This document shows, one piece after another, positions 39,053 through 50,014 of a DNA stretch of 64,000 bases; the first letter of the stretch is position 1, and the number at the start of each line of letters is the position of its first letter. The notes under the pieces were generated by a model. The model was given only the letters and a program-made list of their open reading frames with translations. It made no database searches and had not been told where the DNA came from. The DNA comes from an uncultured Verrucomicrobiae bacterium (GTDB lineage: Bacteria; Verrucomicrobiota; Verrucomicrobiia; Limisphaerales; UBA11358), in contig CAWEAA010000008.1 of assembly GCA_963806905.1 (NCBI GenBank), positions 588,336-652,335 of the forward strand, read 5' to 3'. Position numbers and translations under genes: made by a program.

Positions 39053-39122
39053 GAGCCGCTCTGGCAAGAGCGCGGTCGGGGGTAACGGATGGGAAAATCC
39101 GCGTTTTGACAAACGCGGCTAC
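39053..39122. repeat. REP-like hairpin doublet downstream of the RAYT-like gene
   Basis: Degenerate forward unit GAGCCGCTCTggcaAGAGCGCGG (39053-39075) and inverted unit CCGCGTTTtgacAAACGCGGCTAC (39099-39122). 39083-39120 nearly repeats 38407-38445 (TAACGGATGG-AA-ATCCGCGTTTTGACAAACGCGGCT). Confidence 0.75.
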
Positions 39123-39151
39123 GGTGTGGGGCAATCGCCGCCAAACGCGGC

Positions 39152-39179
39152 TTGACCTTTGCCGCTTAAAAGCTAGACT
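39152..39179 (+). promoter_or_regulatory. Possible sigma-70-type promoter for typA
   Basis: TTGACC (39152-39157), a 16-nt spacer and TAGACT (39174-39179), 21 nt before the typA ATG. Consensus-based guess only. Confidence 0.3.
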
Positions 39180-39199
39180 ACCCAGCTGGGTTTTAAATT

Positions 39200-41035
<1,836 letters not shown>

Positions 41036-41052
41036 CGATTCGGATTAACTTT

Positions 41053-43053
41053 TCAAGCGGGTTTTTTCATGAAATCCGCGCCGACGAGGCAGACGTCATC
41101 GGCGAATTCGTGGTCCACGGAGAACGCGCGGATGACTTTCAGCAGTTCGTCGAACAATTCCCCCGTGGGCCTGGGCAGCAGGTTTTGCACGTCCAGCATC
41201 AGCCGTTCCTGCGAATACAATTCTTCATTCTGCCCCTGCACCTCGAAGAGGCCGTCGGTAAACAGCATCAAAAGGTCGCCGGGCTTGATGGTGATTTCGG
41301 TGGTTTGATACGGCGGGTCGTCAAACAAGCCGAGGGCGGGCTGGCTCCGGCCATCCGCGTTGTTGAGTACCTGGACCTGCCCGGTGGGTCGCTGCACCAG
41401 CAGCGGCTTCGGATGACCGGCGTTGGCAAAGCGCATGACGCCGGTCTGCCAGTCGGCCACCAGATAAAACGCGGTGGTGAGCATCGGGGAACCGGTGCTC
41501 TTGAGGATGCTGCACAAATCGGAATTGAGCTTGCGCAAAAACATTCCGGGGTCGCGCGCGAGCGGTTTCAATTCCTCAGACAGCGCGCGGATCATGGCGG
41601 TGACGAGCGCGGCGCGAATGCCATGGCCGGTCACGTCGCAGATGAAAACGGCGGCTTCCGTGTCGGAAAGCGCGGAGACGCTGAAAAAATCGCCGCTGAC
41701 CGTTTCGGCGGCCTGATAGCGGTGGACAAATTGAAAAGCGCTTTGTTCCACCGGGACGTTGCGCGGGAAAGTCGGATACTGCTGCGGCAGCATGGCGGAC
41801 TGGATTTCGCGCGCCATGTGGAGGTTTTCCTCCATCAGCAGATTTTTGGTGCGCAACTCTTCACGGCTGCGGGCCAGTTCAGCGTTCGCGCGGCGGATTT
41901 GTTCTTCGGCGAGTTTTTGCGCCGTGATGTCCCAGAAAATTCCCTGCAAACCGATGATGCTTCCCTCCGCGCCATACAGCGGCGTTTTGACGACCTGAAC
42001 GATGGTTTTCTCCTGACCCAACGGTTGATGTTCCTCGACGATTTCGTAGGTCTGGCCGGTTTCCATCACGCGGCGGTCGTCCTTCTGGTATTTTTCAGCC
42101 AGTTCCTTCGGAAAAAAATCGAAATCCGTTTTGCCGAGGATGTCCTCCAGCCTGCATTTGTAATGGTTGCAGTATTGTTGATTGGCAAAGGTGAACCGCC
42201 CCTGCAGGTCCTTTCGAAAGACATTTTGCGGCATCGTCTCCACCAGGGAATGATACAGGGATTCCGAATTCCGCAGTTCCTGCTCCATGTGCCGGCGTTG
42301 CGTGATGTCCACCACCGTGCCTTCGTAGTAAAGCAATTTGCCCTGCGCATCGCGCACGGCGCGGCAATTTTCCGAAATCCAGATGACGAGCCCGTCCTTG
42401 CGGTAAATGAGGGACTCGAATCCCTTCAGCGTGTCGTGTTCCAGCATCAACCGGACGAATTCCTCGCGTCGGCCTGGTTCCACGTACAGCCGTTTCCCGA
42501 TGTCCTTGATGCTCGCCATCATTTCCATCGGCGAGTGATAACCATAAATGTGCGCCAGCGCCACGTTTGCCAGCAGGTAGTGGCCGTCCGGAGTCGTGCG
42601 GAAAATGCCCTCGACCAAATGATCAAAAATGCCGTGGTAGTTGTCCTTTTCCTCGATCAGCGCGAGCCGTTCGAGCTGGCGCGCAATCGCGCAACGGATG
42701 GCGCGCCGCAAAGCGGGGCCACCGAGATGTTCCTTGACGAGATAATCCTGCGCGCCGTTGTAGATGACTTCGGCGGAGAAGCTTTCATCATTCGGCATGC
42801 CGAGCACCAGAACCGGCAGACGCGGCGCCCTGGTGGTGAGCGAGGTGACCTGGGACAGGCCGGTCGCTTTGTCGGCGGGCAAATCAAACAAAACCGCTTG
42901 AAATGAATTGGCCGCCAGCAGGGCCAAACCGGCCTCAATGGTGGTCGCCGTCGCGACCTCCGCAGGCCCGCCGGCTTGCAGGAGCTGGGCGACGGTGCGC
43001 GCAAAACTGCCGTCATTCCCGACAAATAAAATTTTCAACGGTTCGGATTCCAT
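41053..43053 (-). CDS. Response regulator with REC - PAS - PAS - PP2C (SpoIIE/RsbU-type) phosphatase domains
   Basis: N-terminal receiver (KILFVGNDGS...VLFDL...VLVLG). Two PAS-like segments. C-terminal SGDFF...DVTGHG...FANAGHP...LFTDGL PP2C/SpoIIE motifs. Confidence 0.85.
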   Translation of the reverse strand: MESEPLKILFVGNDGSFARTVAQLLQAGGPAEVATATTIEAGLALLAANSFQAVLFDLPADKATGLSQVTSLTTRAPRLPVLVLGMPNDESFSAEVIYNGAQDYLVKEHLGGPALRRAIRCAIARQLERLALIEEKDNYHGIFDHLVEGIFRTTPDGHYLLANVALAHIYGYHSPMEMMASIKDIGKRLYVEPGRREEFVRLMLEHDTLKGFESLIYRKDGLVIWISENCRAVRDAQGKLLYYEGTVVDITQRRHMEQELRNSESLYHSLVETMPQNVFRKDLQGRFTFANQQYCNHYKCRLEDILGKTDFDFFPKELAEKYQKDDRRVMETGQTYEIVEEHQPLGQEKTIVQVVKTPLYGAEGSIIGLQGIFWDITAQKLAEEQIRRANAELARSREELRTKNLLMEENLHMAREIQSAMLPQQYPTFPRNVPVEQSAFQFVHRYQAAETVSGDFFSVSALSDTEAAVFICDVTGHGIRAALVTAMIRALSEELKPLARDPGMFLRKLNSDLCSILKSTGSPMLTTAFYLVADWQTGVMRFANAGHPKPLLVQRPTGQVQVLNNADGRSQPALGLFDDPPYQTTEITIKPGDLLMLFTDGLFEVQGQNEELYSQERLMLDVQNLLPRPTGELFDELLKVIRAFSVDHEFADDVCLVGADFMKKPA

Positions 43054-43286
43054 ATCGCGATTTGGCCCCGCGCCACCGGCGCGGACCTGAATTACCTCGC
43101 GGTCGTCCTATGAGCATACAAGGTTGGGGCGCGCTCGCAAGTGGGTTGCGTTCACCACGGATTTTTGTTTATCATCCGGCGGATGAAATGGCGTGCCGAC
43201 AGTCACGGGGTTCATTTCCTCGATTTTTCTGTTCTCCGGCTTGAAATGCCCGCCGTTGCGACCGTCGCCTTTTGGCAGATTTAATT

Positions 43287-45377
43287 ATGAAAACCTATCA
43301 ACCAGCGGAAATTCGGAACTTCGCCATCGTCGGTCACGCCTCATCGGGCAAAACGATGTTAAGCGAGGCAATGCTCATGTGCGGCGGCATCATCACACGC
43401 ATGGGGCGCATCGCCGACGGCTCCACGGTGTCGGATTACCATGTCAGCGAGAAGAACCGGCAGATTTCGGTTTCGGCGTCGCTGATGCACACGGAGTGGA
43501 TGGGAAAGAAAATCAACCTGATTGACACGCCGGGTTACCTTGACTTCATCAGCGAAGGCCTGGGCGCGCTGCGCGTCGGCGATTTTGCGCTGGTGGTGGT
43601 TCACGCCCAGCACGGCCTCGGGGTTGGCACCGAGCGGGTGTGGGATTGCGCGACCGGCTACGGCATTCCCAAAATGATCGTCGTGAACGCCGTGGACAAG
43701 GAGAACGTGGATTTCGACGCCGTGGTCAGGAAATTACAGGAGCGGTTCGGCCGGCATGTGTTTCCGTTGAATGTGCCGGTGAATCCCGGTCCCGGTTTCA
43801 ACCGCGTGCTGGACGTATTGCGCAGCGAAATCGTGACCTACGCGGCCGATTACAGCGGCAAATACCAGGAAGAACCGGCTACCGGCGAGTGGGAGGCAAA
43901 GGGCAAGGAACTGCACGGCCAGCTCATCGAGCACATCGCCGAGTCGGACGACGAACTGATGAACAAGTTTTTCGAGCAGGGCAGCCTTTCGGAAGAGGAA
44001 TTCCGGGCCGGCATTCACGCGGCGGTGCAGAAGCAATTGTTCATCCCGCTGTTCTGCACGTCGGCGGAAAACAACATCGGCGTGGCGCGGTTGATGGATT
44101 TCATCGCCAAGTATGGTTCATCGCCGGTGGACCGCAAAAAGGTGAAGGCCGTCAATGCCAACGACGCGGAGGTGGAAGTGGGTTTGGATGATCCCGAACC
44201 GGTGCTCTACATTTTCAAGACGATGTCCGAAGCGCATTTCGGCGAGTTGTCATTCTTCCGCACCTATGCGGGTTCGGTGTCCACGGGCATGGATTTATAC
44301 AACAGCGACCGCAAGGTGAATGAGCGCATCGGGCAGATTTATCTGCTCAACGGCCAGAACCGCGAGGCGGCCAACACGCTCGGCCCCGGGGATATCGCCG
44401 CGGTCGTCAAACTCAAGGTGACGCACACCGGCAACACGCTTTGCAACGCGAAGAAGGCCGTGACGCTGCCAAAGGTGGTTTATCCCAGACCCAACATCCA
44501 CGCGTCGCTGGTCGCCAAGGTGAAGGGCGAAGAGGACAAGATCGCCTCCGGCCTCGCCGCGTTGCATCAGGAAGACCCTACGTTTCTTTACGTGGTGGAC
44601 GCGGAATTGCATCAGACAATCATTTCCGCGCAGGGCGAGTTGCACCTGGAAGTTGTGGCCGACCGGTTGCGGCGCCGGCACAACGTTCATGTCGAATTGG
44701 GCGAGCCGCGCGTAAAATACCGCGAGACCATCAAAGGCAGGGGCGATTCAAAGTATCGCCACAAAAAACAGACCGGCGGCGCCGGACAATTCGCCGAAGT
44801 CTGGATGCGCATCGAGCCGAAGCCGCGTGACAGCGGCGTCGAGTTCACCAACTCGCTCGTCGGCCAGAACGTGGACCGCGTGTTCGTGCCTTCGGTCGAG
44901 AAGGGAGTCAATCAGGCTTGCACGGAAGGCATTCTGGCCGGTTGCCGCGTGACAGACGTGAAGGTTGATTTTTACGACGGCAAGATGCATCCGGTGGACT
45001 CGAAGGACATTGCGTTTCAGATCGCCGGTTACTTTGCGTTCAAGGAGGCGTTTACGGCCGCCAAGCCGTGCCTGCTGGAGCCGATTGAGACCGTCGAGAT
45101 CCGCATTCCGGAAGATTGCATGGGCAAGGTGATGGGCGACTTGTCGTCCCGGCGCGGAAGAATCATCGGCATGGACACCGCCGGCGCGTTTCAACTCATC
45201 AAGGCCAGCGTGCCGACCAAGGAACTTTACCATTACTCCAGCACGCTGCGTTCGCTGACGGGCGGGCGCGGCGTCCACACGGAAGAATTCAGCCACTACG
45301 AGGAAATGCCGCGCGACGCGGCGGAAAAGGTGATTGAAGAGGCAAAGAAACGAAAAGCCAGCCCCGAGCCGCATTGA
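43287..45377 (+). CDS. Elongation factor G paralog (EF-G2-like)
   Basis: About 696 aa with five-domain EF-G organisation (DTPGYLDF, NAVDK, domain IV/V motifs). The P-loop is GHASSGKT rather than the canonical AHIDAGKT. The ATG at 43287 is preferred over the TTG at 43272. Confidence 0.85.
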   Translation: MKTYQPAEIRNFAIVGHASSGKTMLSEAMLMCGGIITRMGRIADGSTVSDYHVSEKNRQISVSASLMHTEWMGKKINLIDTPGYLDFISEGLGALRVGDFALVVVHAQHGLGVGTERVWDCATGYGIPKMIVVNAVDKENVDFDAVVRKLQERFGRHVFPLNVPVNPGPGFNRVLDVLRSEIVTYAADYSGKYQEEPATGEWEAKGKELHGQLIEHIAESDDELMNKFFEQGSLSEEEFRAGIHAAVQKQLFIPLFCTSAENNIGVARLMDFIAKYGSSPVDRKKVKAVNANDAEVEVGLDDPEPVLYIFKTMSEAHFGELSFFRTYAGSVSTGMDLYNSDRKVNERIGQIYLLNGQNREAANTLGPGDIAAVVKLKVTHTGNTLCNAKKAVTLPKVVYPRPNIHASLVAKVKGEEDKIASGLAALHQEDPTFLYVVDAELHQTIISAQGELHLEVVADRLRRRHNVHVELGEPRVKYRETIKGRGDSKYRHKKQTGGAGQFAEVWMRIEPKPRDSGVEFTNSLVGQNVDRVFVPSVEKGVNQACTEGILAGCRVTDVKVDFYDGKMHPVDSKDIAFQIAGYFAFKEAFTAAKPCLLEPIETVEIRIPEDCMGKVMGDLSSRRGRIIGMDTAGAFQLIKASVPTKELYHYSSTLRSLTGGRGVHTEEFSHYEEMPRDAAEKVIEEAKKRKASPEPH

Positions 45378-45407
45378 AGCGGCTGGAGCAGATTAGCGGC
45401 GCGGCGC

Positions 45408-45662
45408 TCAGTGAACGAGCGCGGCTTCGTTTTTGACCACGGCGGAATAGAGCGCGTCCTTCAGTTTGGCGCGCTTGAATTTGAGTTCGTCGATTTCCTG
45501 ATCGGTGGCGAACTCGATGTCTTCTTCGATCCGGCAGATGCTGTCGTCCAACTGATGGTATTCCTCGAACATCTGGCGGAACTGGTTGTCGGCGAGCCGG
45601 AGCCGGCGGATGGTTTCGCGATGTTCGGGGAATTCACTCAGGAAGGGGTGATGTATGTCCAT
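45408..45662 (-). CDS. DUF465 (YdcH-like) family protein
   Basis: 84 aa. FPEHRETIRRLRLADNQFRQMFEEYHQLDDSI matches the DUF465 helical pattern. Confidence 0.7.
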   Translation of the reverse strand: MDIHHPFLSEFPEHRETIRRLRLADNQFRQMFEEYHQLDDSICRIEEDIEFATDQEIDELKFKRAKLKDALYSAVVKNEAALVH

Positions 45663-45867
45663 TGGAAGTCCTCCAGGTTGAGGTTTGCGGTCGGTGCACT
45701 GCTTGCTTCGTTCCCATTACCTGCGTCTAATAAAGCCCAAGTTGCCCCGGCTGGCCAGTAAAATTTTTGAAAAAGTTGAAATAATTTTGCCTGGATGCGG
45801 CTTGGCTGGTGCCTTTCAGCCTTTTCAAGCCCGCGCCGATGGCTTAATTTGCCGTTATTCTCATCAC

Positions 45868-47334
45868 ATGCCGAGTGTTTACATCAAAACCTACGGTTGC
45901 CAGATGAACGAGCGCGACAGCGAGGCCGTGGCCGCCCAGCTCGTGGCCAAAGGCTATACCCTCGCGCCGTCGGAAGCCGTGGCGGACGTAATTCTGCTCA
46001 ACACGTGCAGCGTGCGTGATTTTGCGGAACAGAAAGCCTTGAACAAGATGGTGAACGTCATCGCCGAAACGCGGCGCAACCGCCCGGAGGCCGTGCTCGG
46101 CTTCATGGGCTGCATGGCGCAGAGCCGGGGACAGGAACTGATTGACCGTTTGCCGGACGTGGACCTCGTGCTCGGCACGCAGAAATTTCATCGCGCTGCG
46201 GAATACCTCGATGAATTGCTCGCCGGCCGCCGCGAAAAAATCGTGGACGTGGCAGCGGAGCAGGGCAGCGAAGCAACCATCCGCGAACATCTGCTTTACG
46301 GAAATACTGCCAGCAATGGCGACGGTCACAGACCGCCGCTACAGATCACCGCATTTGTCAGCATCATGCAGGGCTGCAACCAGTATTGCACTTTTTGCAT
46401 CGTGCCATACACGCGTGGCGAGGAACGAAGTCGCACCATTCCCGATATCGTAGCCGAGTGCCGTCAGCTTGTGTCGCAGGGCGTGAAGGAAATCACGCTG
46501 CTCGGCCAGATTGTGACGAGTTATGGGCGGCGGGGGGAAGTTTGGACTGCGGCGGCAAGCGAAGCACGACGCCGCTTTTCAACTGCCGATGAACCAGTCG
46601 AAGCCAAAGCGCCGTCGCCGCTGCGCTCTGCCGGCGCACTCCAAAAATCTCCCTTCGTCCGACTGCTCGAAGCCGTTCACGAAATCGAAGGGCTGGAACG
46701 CATCCGGTTTACCTCGCCGCATCCGAAAGGTTACGGCGACGATTTGATTGAGGCTTACGCGCGGTTGCCCAAGCTCGTCGAAAGCGCGCACCTGCCCGTC
46801 CAAAGCGGCAGCGATCGCGTGCTGAAATTGATGCACCGCGGTTACACGCGAGCCATTTACGTTGGCATCATTGAAAAATTACGCCGTGCCCGGCCGGAAA
46901 TCGGCATCAGCACCGACATCATTGTCGGGTTTCCCGGCGAGACCGAGGACGACTTCGAGCAGACCCTTTCGCTGGCGCGCGAGGTGGAATTCGACCAGGC
47001 TTACATCTTCAAATACTCGCAGCGCCGCGACACGCCCGCCGCCGAAATGCCCGGACAAGTGCCGCAAAAGATCCGCGAGGAACGCAACCAGCGATTGCTC
47101 AACGTCATCAACGAAATTGCCGGAAGCAGATACGGCGCGTTTGTCGGGCGGCAGACGCAGATTCTGGTGGAAGGGCCGAGCAAAAAGAATCCGGCGCGGA
47201 TGACGGGCCGGACGCGCTGCAACAAGATTGTGGTGTTCGATGGGTCAGAGCGGCATCGCGGCCAGCTCATGGACGTGAAAATCACCCGCGCCGGCTCCTT
47301 CACGCTCTACGGCGTCCCAGGGATTTTGGAATGA
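45868..47334 (+). CDS. miaB: tRNA-2-methylthio-N6-dimethylallyladenosine synthase MiaB
   Basis: YIKTYGCQMNERDSE (UPF0004 Cys), radical-SAM CNQYCTFCIVPYTRGEERSR and a TRAM domain at the C-terminus. Start at 45868. Confidence 0.93.
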   Translation: MPSVYIKTYGCQMNERDSEAVAAQLVAKGYTLAPSEAVADVILLNTCSVRDFAEQKALNKMVNVIAETRRNRPEAVLGFMGCMAQSRGQELIDRLPDVDLVLGTQKFHRAAEYLDELLAGRREKIVDVAAEQGSEATIREHLLYGNTASNGDGHRPPLQITAFVSIMQGCNQYCTFCIVPYTRGEERSRTIPDIVAECRQLVSQGVKEITLLGQIVTSYGRRGEVWTAAASEARRRFSTADEPVEAKAPSPLRSAGALQKSPFVRLLEAVHEIEGLERIRFTSPHPKGYGDDLIEAYARLPKLVESAHLPVQSGSDRVLKLMHRGYTRAIYVGIIEKLRRARPEIGISTDIIVGFPGETEDDFEQTLSLAREVEFDQAYIFKYSQRRDTPAAEMPGQVPQKIREERNQRLLNVINEIAGSRYGAFVGRQTQILVEGPSKKNPARMTGRTRCNKIVVFDGSERHRGQLMDVKITRAGSFTLYGVPGILE

Positions 47335-47350
47335 GAAATAATAAAAACAT

Positions 47351-48175
47351 ATGAATTGGTCGCCTAGCTTGATTGCTACGGGAATTTGGATTGTGATTTC
47401 TTCGTTTCTTGGCCTGCTTGAGTTATTATTAAGATACCGTTGGAAAGATGGCAGAACGCAGAAATACAAAATCGCGCGAAAGTATTTGTTTGTCCTTTTC
47501 ATTCTTTCGTCGATTTTTGCACTAGCTCTGACGATGTATGACAAAACTCGCGCAGAACAGGAAAGCCTGCGTTTAGCAAAGGCACTTAGGGAAGCGGCTG
47601 ATGACCGAAAAAAACATGCAACGGCTGGACGTATAGAAACTCTTACGGGTTTATCTCAAGCATTCGTAATCGGAGATTCTGGAACAGCTTTTATTTCTTT
47701 CCGCTCTGCATCGTTGTTTGATGCGCTTCCATTTCCCCCAATGATTCAAAAAATTGCCAAACAGAATTCTGTAATTATTGGCAATACATTAGACGGAAAA
47801 TTGAGCGTATCCGCTCGGATTTGCGGTCGCGACGGTCTAATCGCGGAAATAAACGACAATGAATGGAAAGTTAATCCTTCAAAAAGTTGGGACAGAAATT
47901 ACTCGTCTAATGCATTTGAAGTTCAAAATGCTGACGGAGAAATTGTGTTTCAGGTCAAAATTGAAAAAGACTCAAACTTCGGCGGTTTGGGCGTTGCGCA
48001 TTTTCAGGGCATTTTTTTCGATTCAGATGGCAACGGAATTGGATTTACAGAAGTTGGAAAAGCAAAAGGTGCTTTTTTTTCTTTTTTACCAGCAAATTCT
48101 GGACGCCCGCTGCCGCAGATAAAACCACTATTCAAATATCCTAGTGAACTTCATTTAGGAGATTTGTCGGAATAG
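47351..48175 (+). CDS. Orphan membrane-anchored protein in a low-GC segment
   Basis: 274 aa. Two N-terminal TM helices (LIATGIWIVISSFLGLLELLL, YLFVLFILSSIFALALTMY), a coiled segment and a beta-rich C-terminal domain. No recognised motif. GC is visibly about 40-45% against about 60% in the flanks. Confidence 0.55.
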   Translation: MNWSPSLIATGIWIVISSFLGLLELLLRYRWKDGRTQKYKIARKYLFVLFILSSIFALALTMYDKTRAEQESLRLAKALREAADDRKKHATAGRIETLTGLSQAFVIGDSGTAFISFRSASLFDALPFPPMIQKIAKQNSVIIGNTLDGKLSVSARICGRDGLIAEINDNEWKVNPSKSWDRNYSSNAFEVQNADGEIVFQVKIEKDSNFGGLGVAHFQGIFFDSDGNGIGFTEVGKAKGAFFSFLPANSGRPLPQIKPLFKYPSELHLGDLSE

Positions 48176-48197
48176 AGATAAATTACAGATTGAATTT

Positions 48198-48227
48198 TTC
48201 GTGTTCATTTGTGTCAATTCGTGGTTA
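48198..48227. repeat. Second copy of the 3x10-nt phased repeat (TTCGTGTTCA|TTTGTGTCAA|TTCGTGGTTA)
   Basis: Matches the decamers at 37171-37200 in 7/10, 7/10 and 9/10 positions. Like that copy, it ends 7-10 nt before the ATG of a plus-strand gene. Confidence 0.7.
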
Positions 48228-48237
48228 GATTTTCACA

Positions 48238-48792
48238 ATGAAGCTGTCGTTATTGTCCATCCTGCTCGGCGCCGGGATGAGTGTGCCGCAGATTTACGGT
48301 CTGACCAAGCCGGCACAATTCGCCGCCACGGCGCGCAAATTCCCGCGCAACCTGCCCGTCGGCGTTGTGCTAATGCTGCTGGGCACGGCCTGGTTTTTGT
48401 GGAACGTCAACAACGAGCCGATCGCGGATTTCTCGGCCTACAAACAACCCATGATGGCCGGGTTTGCGGCGGTGGGGATTTTGGCGTGCTTTTTCGTCCA
48501 GGACTTTCTGGCCGTGCGCGGTCTGGCCGTTCTGATGTTGTTGCTGGCGAAATTGATGGTGGATACCGGGCGTCCGCATCTGGGCCAGACGCCGTGGGTG
48601 TACGTGATTCAAATCTGGGCTTACGGGCTCATCATCGCCGGCGTCTGGTTCACGATAACACCGTGGCGGCTGCGCGACCTGGTGAACTTTGCCATGGCGA
48701 ATGAAACCCGCGTGCGGCTTGGCAGCGCCATCCGGCTGGCGTTCGCGGTATTCGTAATGCTCCTTGGCCTGACGGCGTTTCGCGCGATGTGA
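48238..48792 (+). CDS. Hypothetical integral membrane protein (5-6 TM)
   Basis: 184 aa and hydrophobic throughout. No motif recognised. Confidence 0.55.
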   Translation: MKLSLLSILLGAGMSVPQIYGLTKPAQFAATARKFPRNLPVGVVLMLLGTAWFLWNVNNEPIADFSAYKQPMMAGFAAVGILACFFVQDFLAVRGLAVLMLLLAKLMVDTGRPHLGQTPWVYVIQIWAYGLIIAGVWFTITPWRLRDLVNFAMANETRVRLGSAIRLAFAVFVMLLGLTAFRAM

Positions 48793-48952
48793 AACGCGAA
48801 AAGCCTGACTTGGTTTGTTAATCCAGCCCACTACCCGCGCGTTCCACAACAGGCTTCCCAGACCCGGGTTGACGGACACGGCTTTGTGGTTGACCTTTTT
48901 TGGCACAACTTTTGCGTCGTTCATGGATAAATTCTTATAATTTGACCAAGCG

Positions 48953-49909
48953 ATGAGCAACAATCCATCCACCAAGCCGGGGAAGAAGACATTTCCCGGG
49001 AAACGGGCCGTGAACCATCGGCGGTTCACGGTCAGCAAGGCGGTTAAAACTTTCAACTCAAAGAGTCCGAAAGCCGACCTCGAGGCCTTTTTTCATTCGC
49101 CATCCTGTCACGCCCTCAAGTTGCAAATCTGCGATATCGGCTGGCGGTTGTGGCAGCGGGCCTACGTGGACGGCAACGGCGGCAACATCGCCATCCGGGT
49201 TGGCGAAGACCTTGCGCTTTGCACGCCCACACTCGTCAGCAAGGGTTTCATGAAACCGGAGGACCTGTGCCTGGTGGATTTCGAGGGCAACCAACTGTTG
49301 GGCGCGAGAAAATGCACGAGCGAAATTCTCATGCACCTGCAAATCATGCAACACCAGCCGCGGGCCGTGGCCACGGTGCACTGTCATCCGCCGTATGCGA
49401 CGGGCTTTGCGGTCGCGGGCATATTGCCGCCTCCGGGCCTGTTGCCGGAGTACGAGCTTTTCACATCAGTGGCTATCGCGCCGTATCGCACGCCTGGGAC
49501 GCCGGAAATGGGCCGGCTTGTCGCCGGTTTGGTGGACAACCAGAATGTCGTTCTCATGGCCAATCATGGGGTCGTTTCGTGGAGCCACAACAACGTGGAG
49601 GACGCCGGCTTCAAGATTGAAGTTCTCGAAACCTATTGCCGCACCGTTCTTGTCGCCTCGCGACTGGTTCGGACGCCGAACACCATTTCTCGCACGCAGT
49701 TGCAGGAACTGCTCAAGATCAAACAAAGCCTGGGCATCCCCGACCCGCGCTTTGGCCTCAAGAAATTTGATCTCCCCGACAAAAACGAATGGCGCCGGGT
49801 ATCGTTGTTGGCGCGCCGCCCGAGGATGAGGCGGGCAGGAAAAGACCCCAAAGCCCAGGCCGTCATCCAGGCCATCAGGGCGCAAATCCTGGACAAGCTC
49901 AATGGGTGA
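48953..49909 (+). CDS. Class II aldolase/adducin-domain protein (fuculose-1-phosphate aldolase-like)
   Basis: GNGGNIAIR, SEILMHLQI, ATVHCHPPYATGF and LMANHGVVSW (metal-binding His pattern). Has N- and C-terminal extensions. Confidence 0.75.
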   Translation: MSNNPSTKPGKKTFPGKRAVNHRRFTVSKAVKTFNSKSPKADLEAFFHSPSCHALKLQICDIGWRLWQRAYVDGNGGNIAIRVGEDLALCTPTLVSKGFMKPEDLCLVDFEGNQLLGARKCTSEILMHLQIMQHQPRAVATVHCHPPYATGFAVAGILPPPGLLPEYELFTSVAIAPYRTPGTPEMGRLVAGLVDNQNVVLMANHGVVSWSHNNVEDAGFKIEVLETYCRTVLVASRLVRTPNTISRTQLQELLKIKQSLGIPDPRFGLKKFDLPDKNEWRRVSLLARRPRMRRAGKDPKAQAVIQAIRAQILDKLNG

Positions 49910-49919
49910 TTCGGTGTTG

Positions 49920-49982
49920 GGAGTTCCGCCTTCAGGCGGTTCGGTGGCATACATTTCCCCTGCCGCGTAAACGCGGAACTCC
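49920..49982. repeat. Nested-hairpin intergenic element
   Basis: Perfect 10-bp inverted repeat GGAGTTCCGC (49920-49929) / GCGGAACTCC (49973-49982). It encloses hairpins CCGCCttcaGGCGG (49926-49939) and CCGCGTaaACGCGG (49963-49976). The latter shares its stem with the REPs at 38.3-39.1 kb. Confidence 0.65.
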
Positions 49983-50014
49983 TAACGGTTCAGAGGCCGA
50001 AACGTCCGGTTTTG

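Noticed and set aside
46520-46650. Apparent low-complexity insertions in housekeeping enzymes: MiaB ...VWTAAASEARRRFSTADEPVEAKAPSPLRSAGALQKS..., the oxidoreductase at about 18600-18720, and RecQ near 63890-63960. These might be in-frame insertions of GC-rich repeat elements.
   Set aside because: Their presence and boundaries cannot be established without aligning to orthologs. The hairpin potential I saw is weak, so this is left as a note only.
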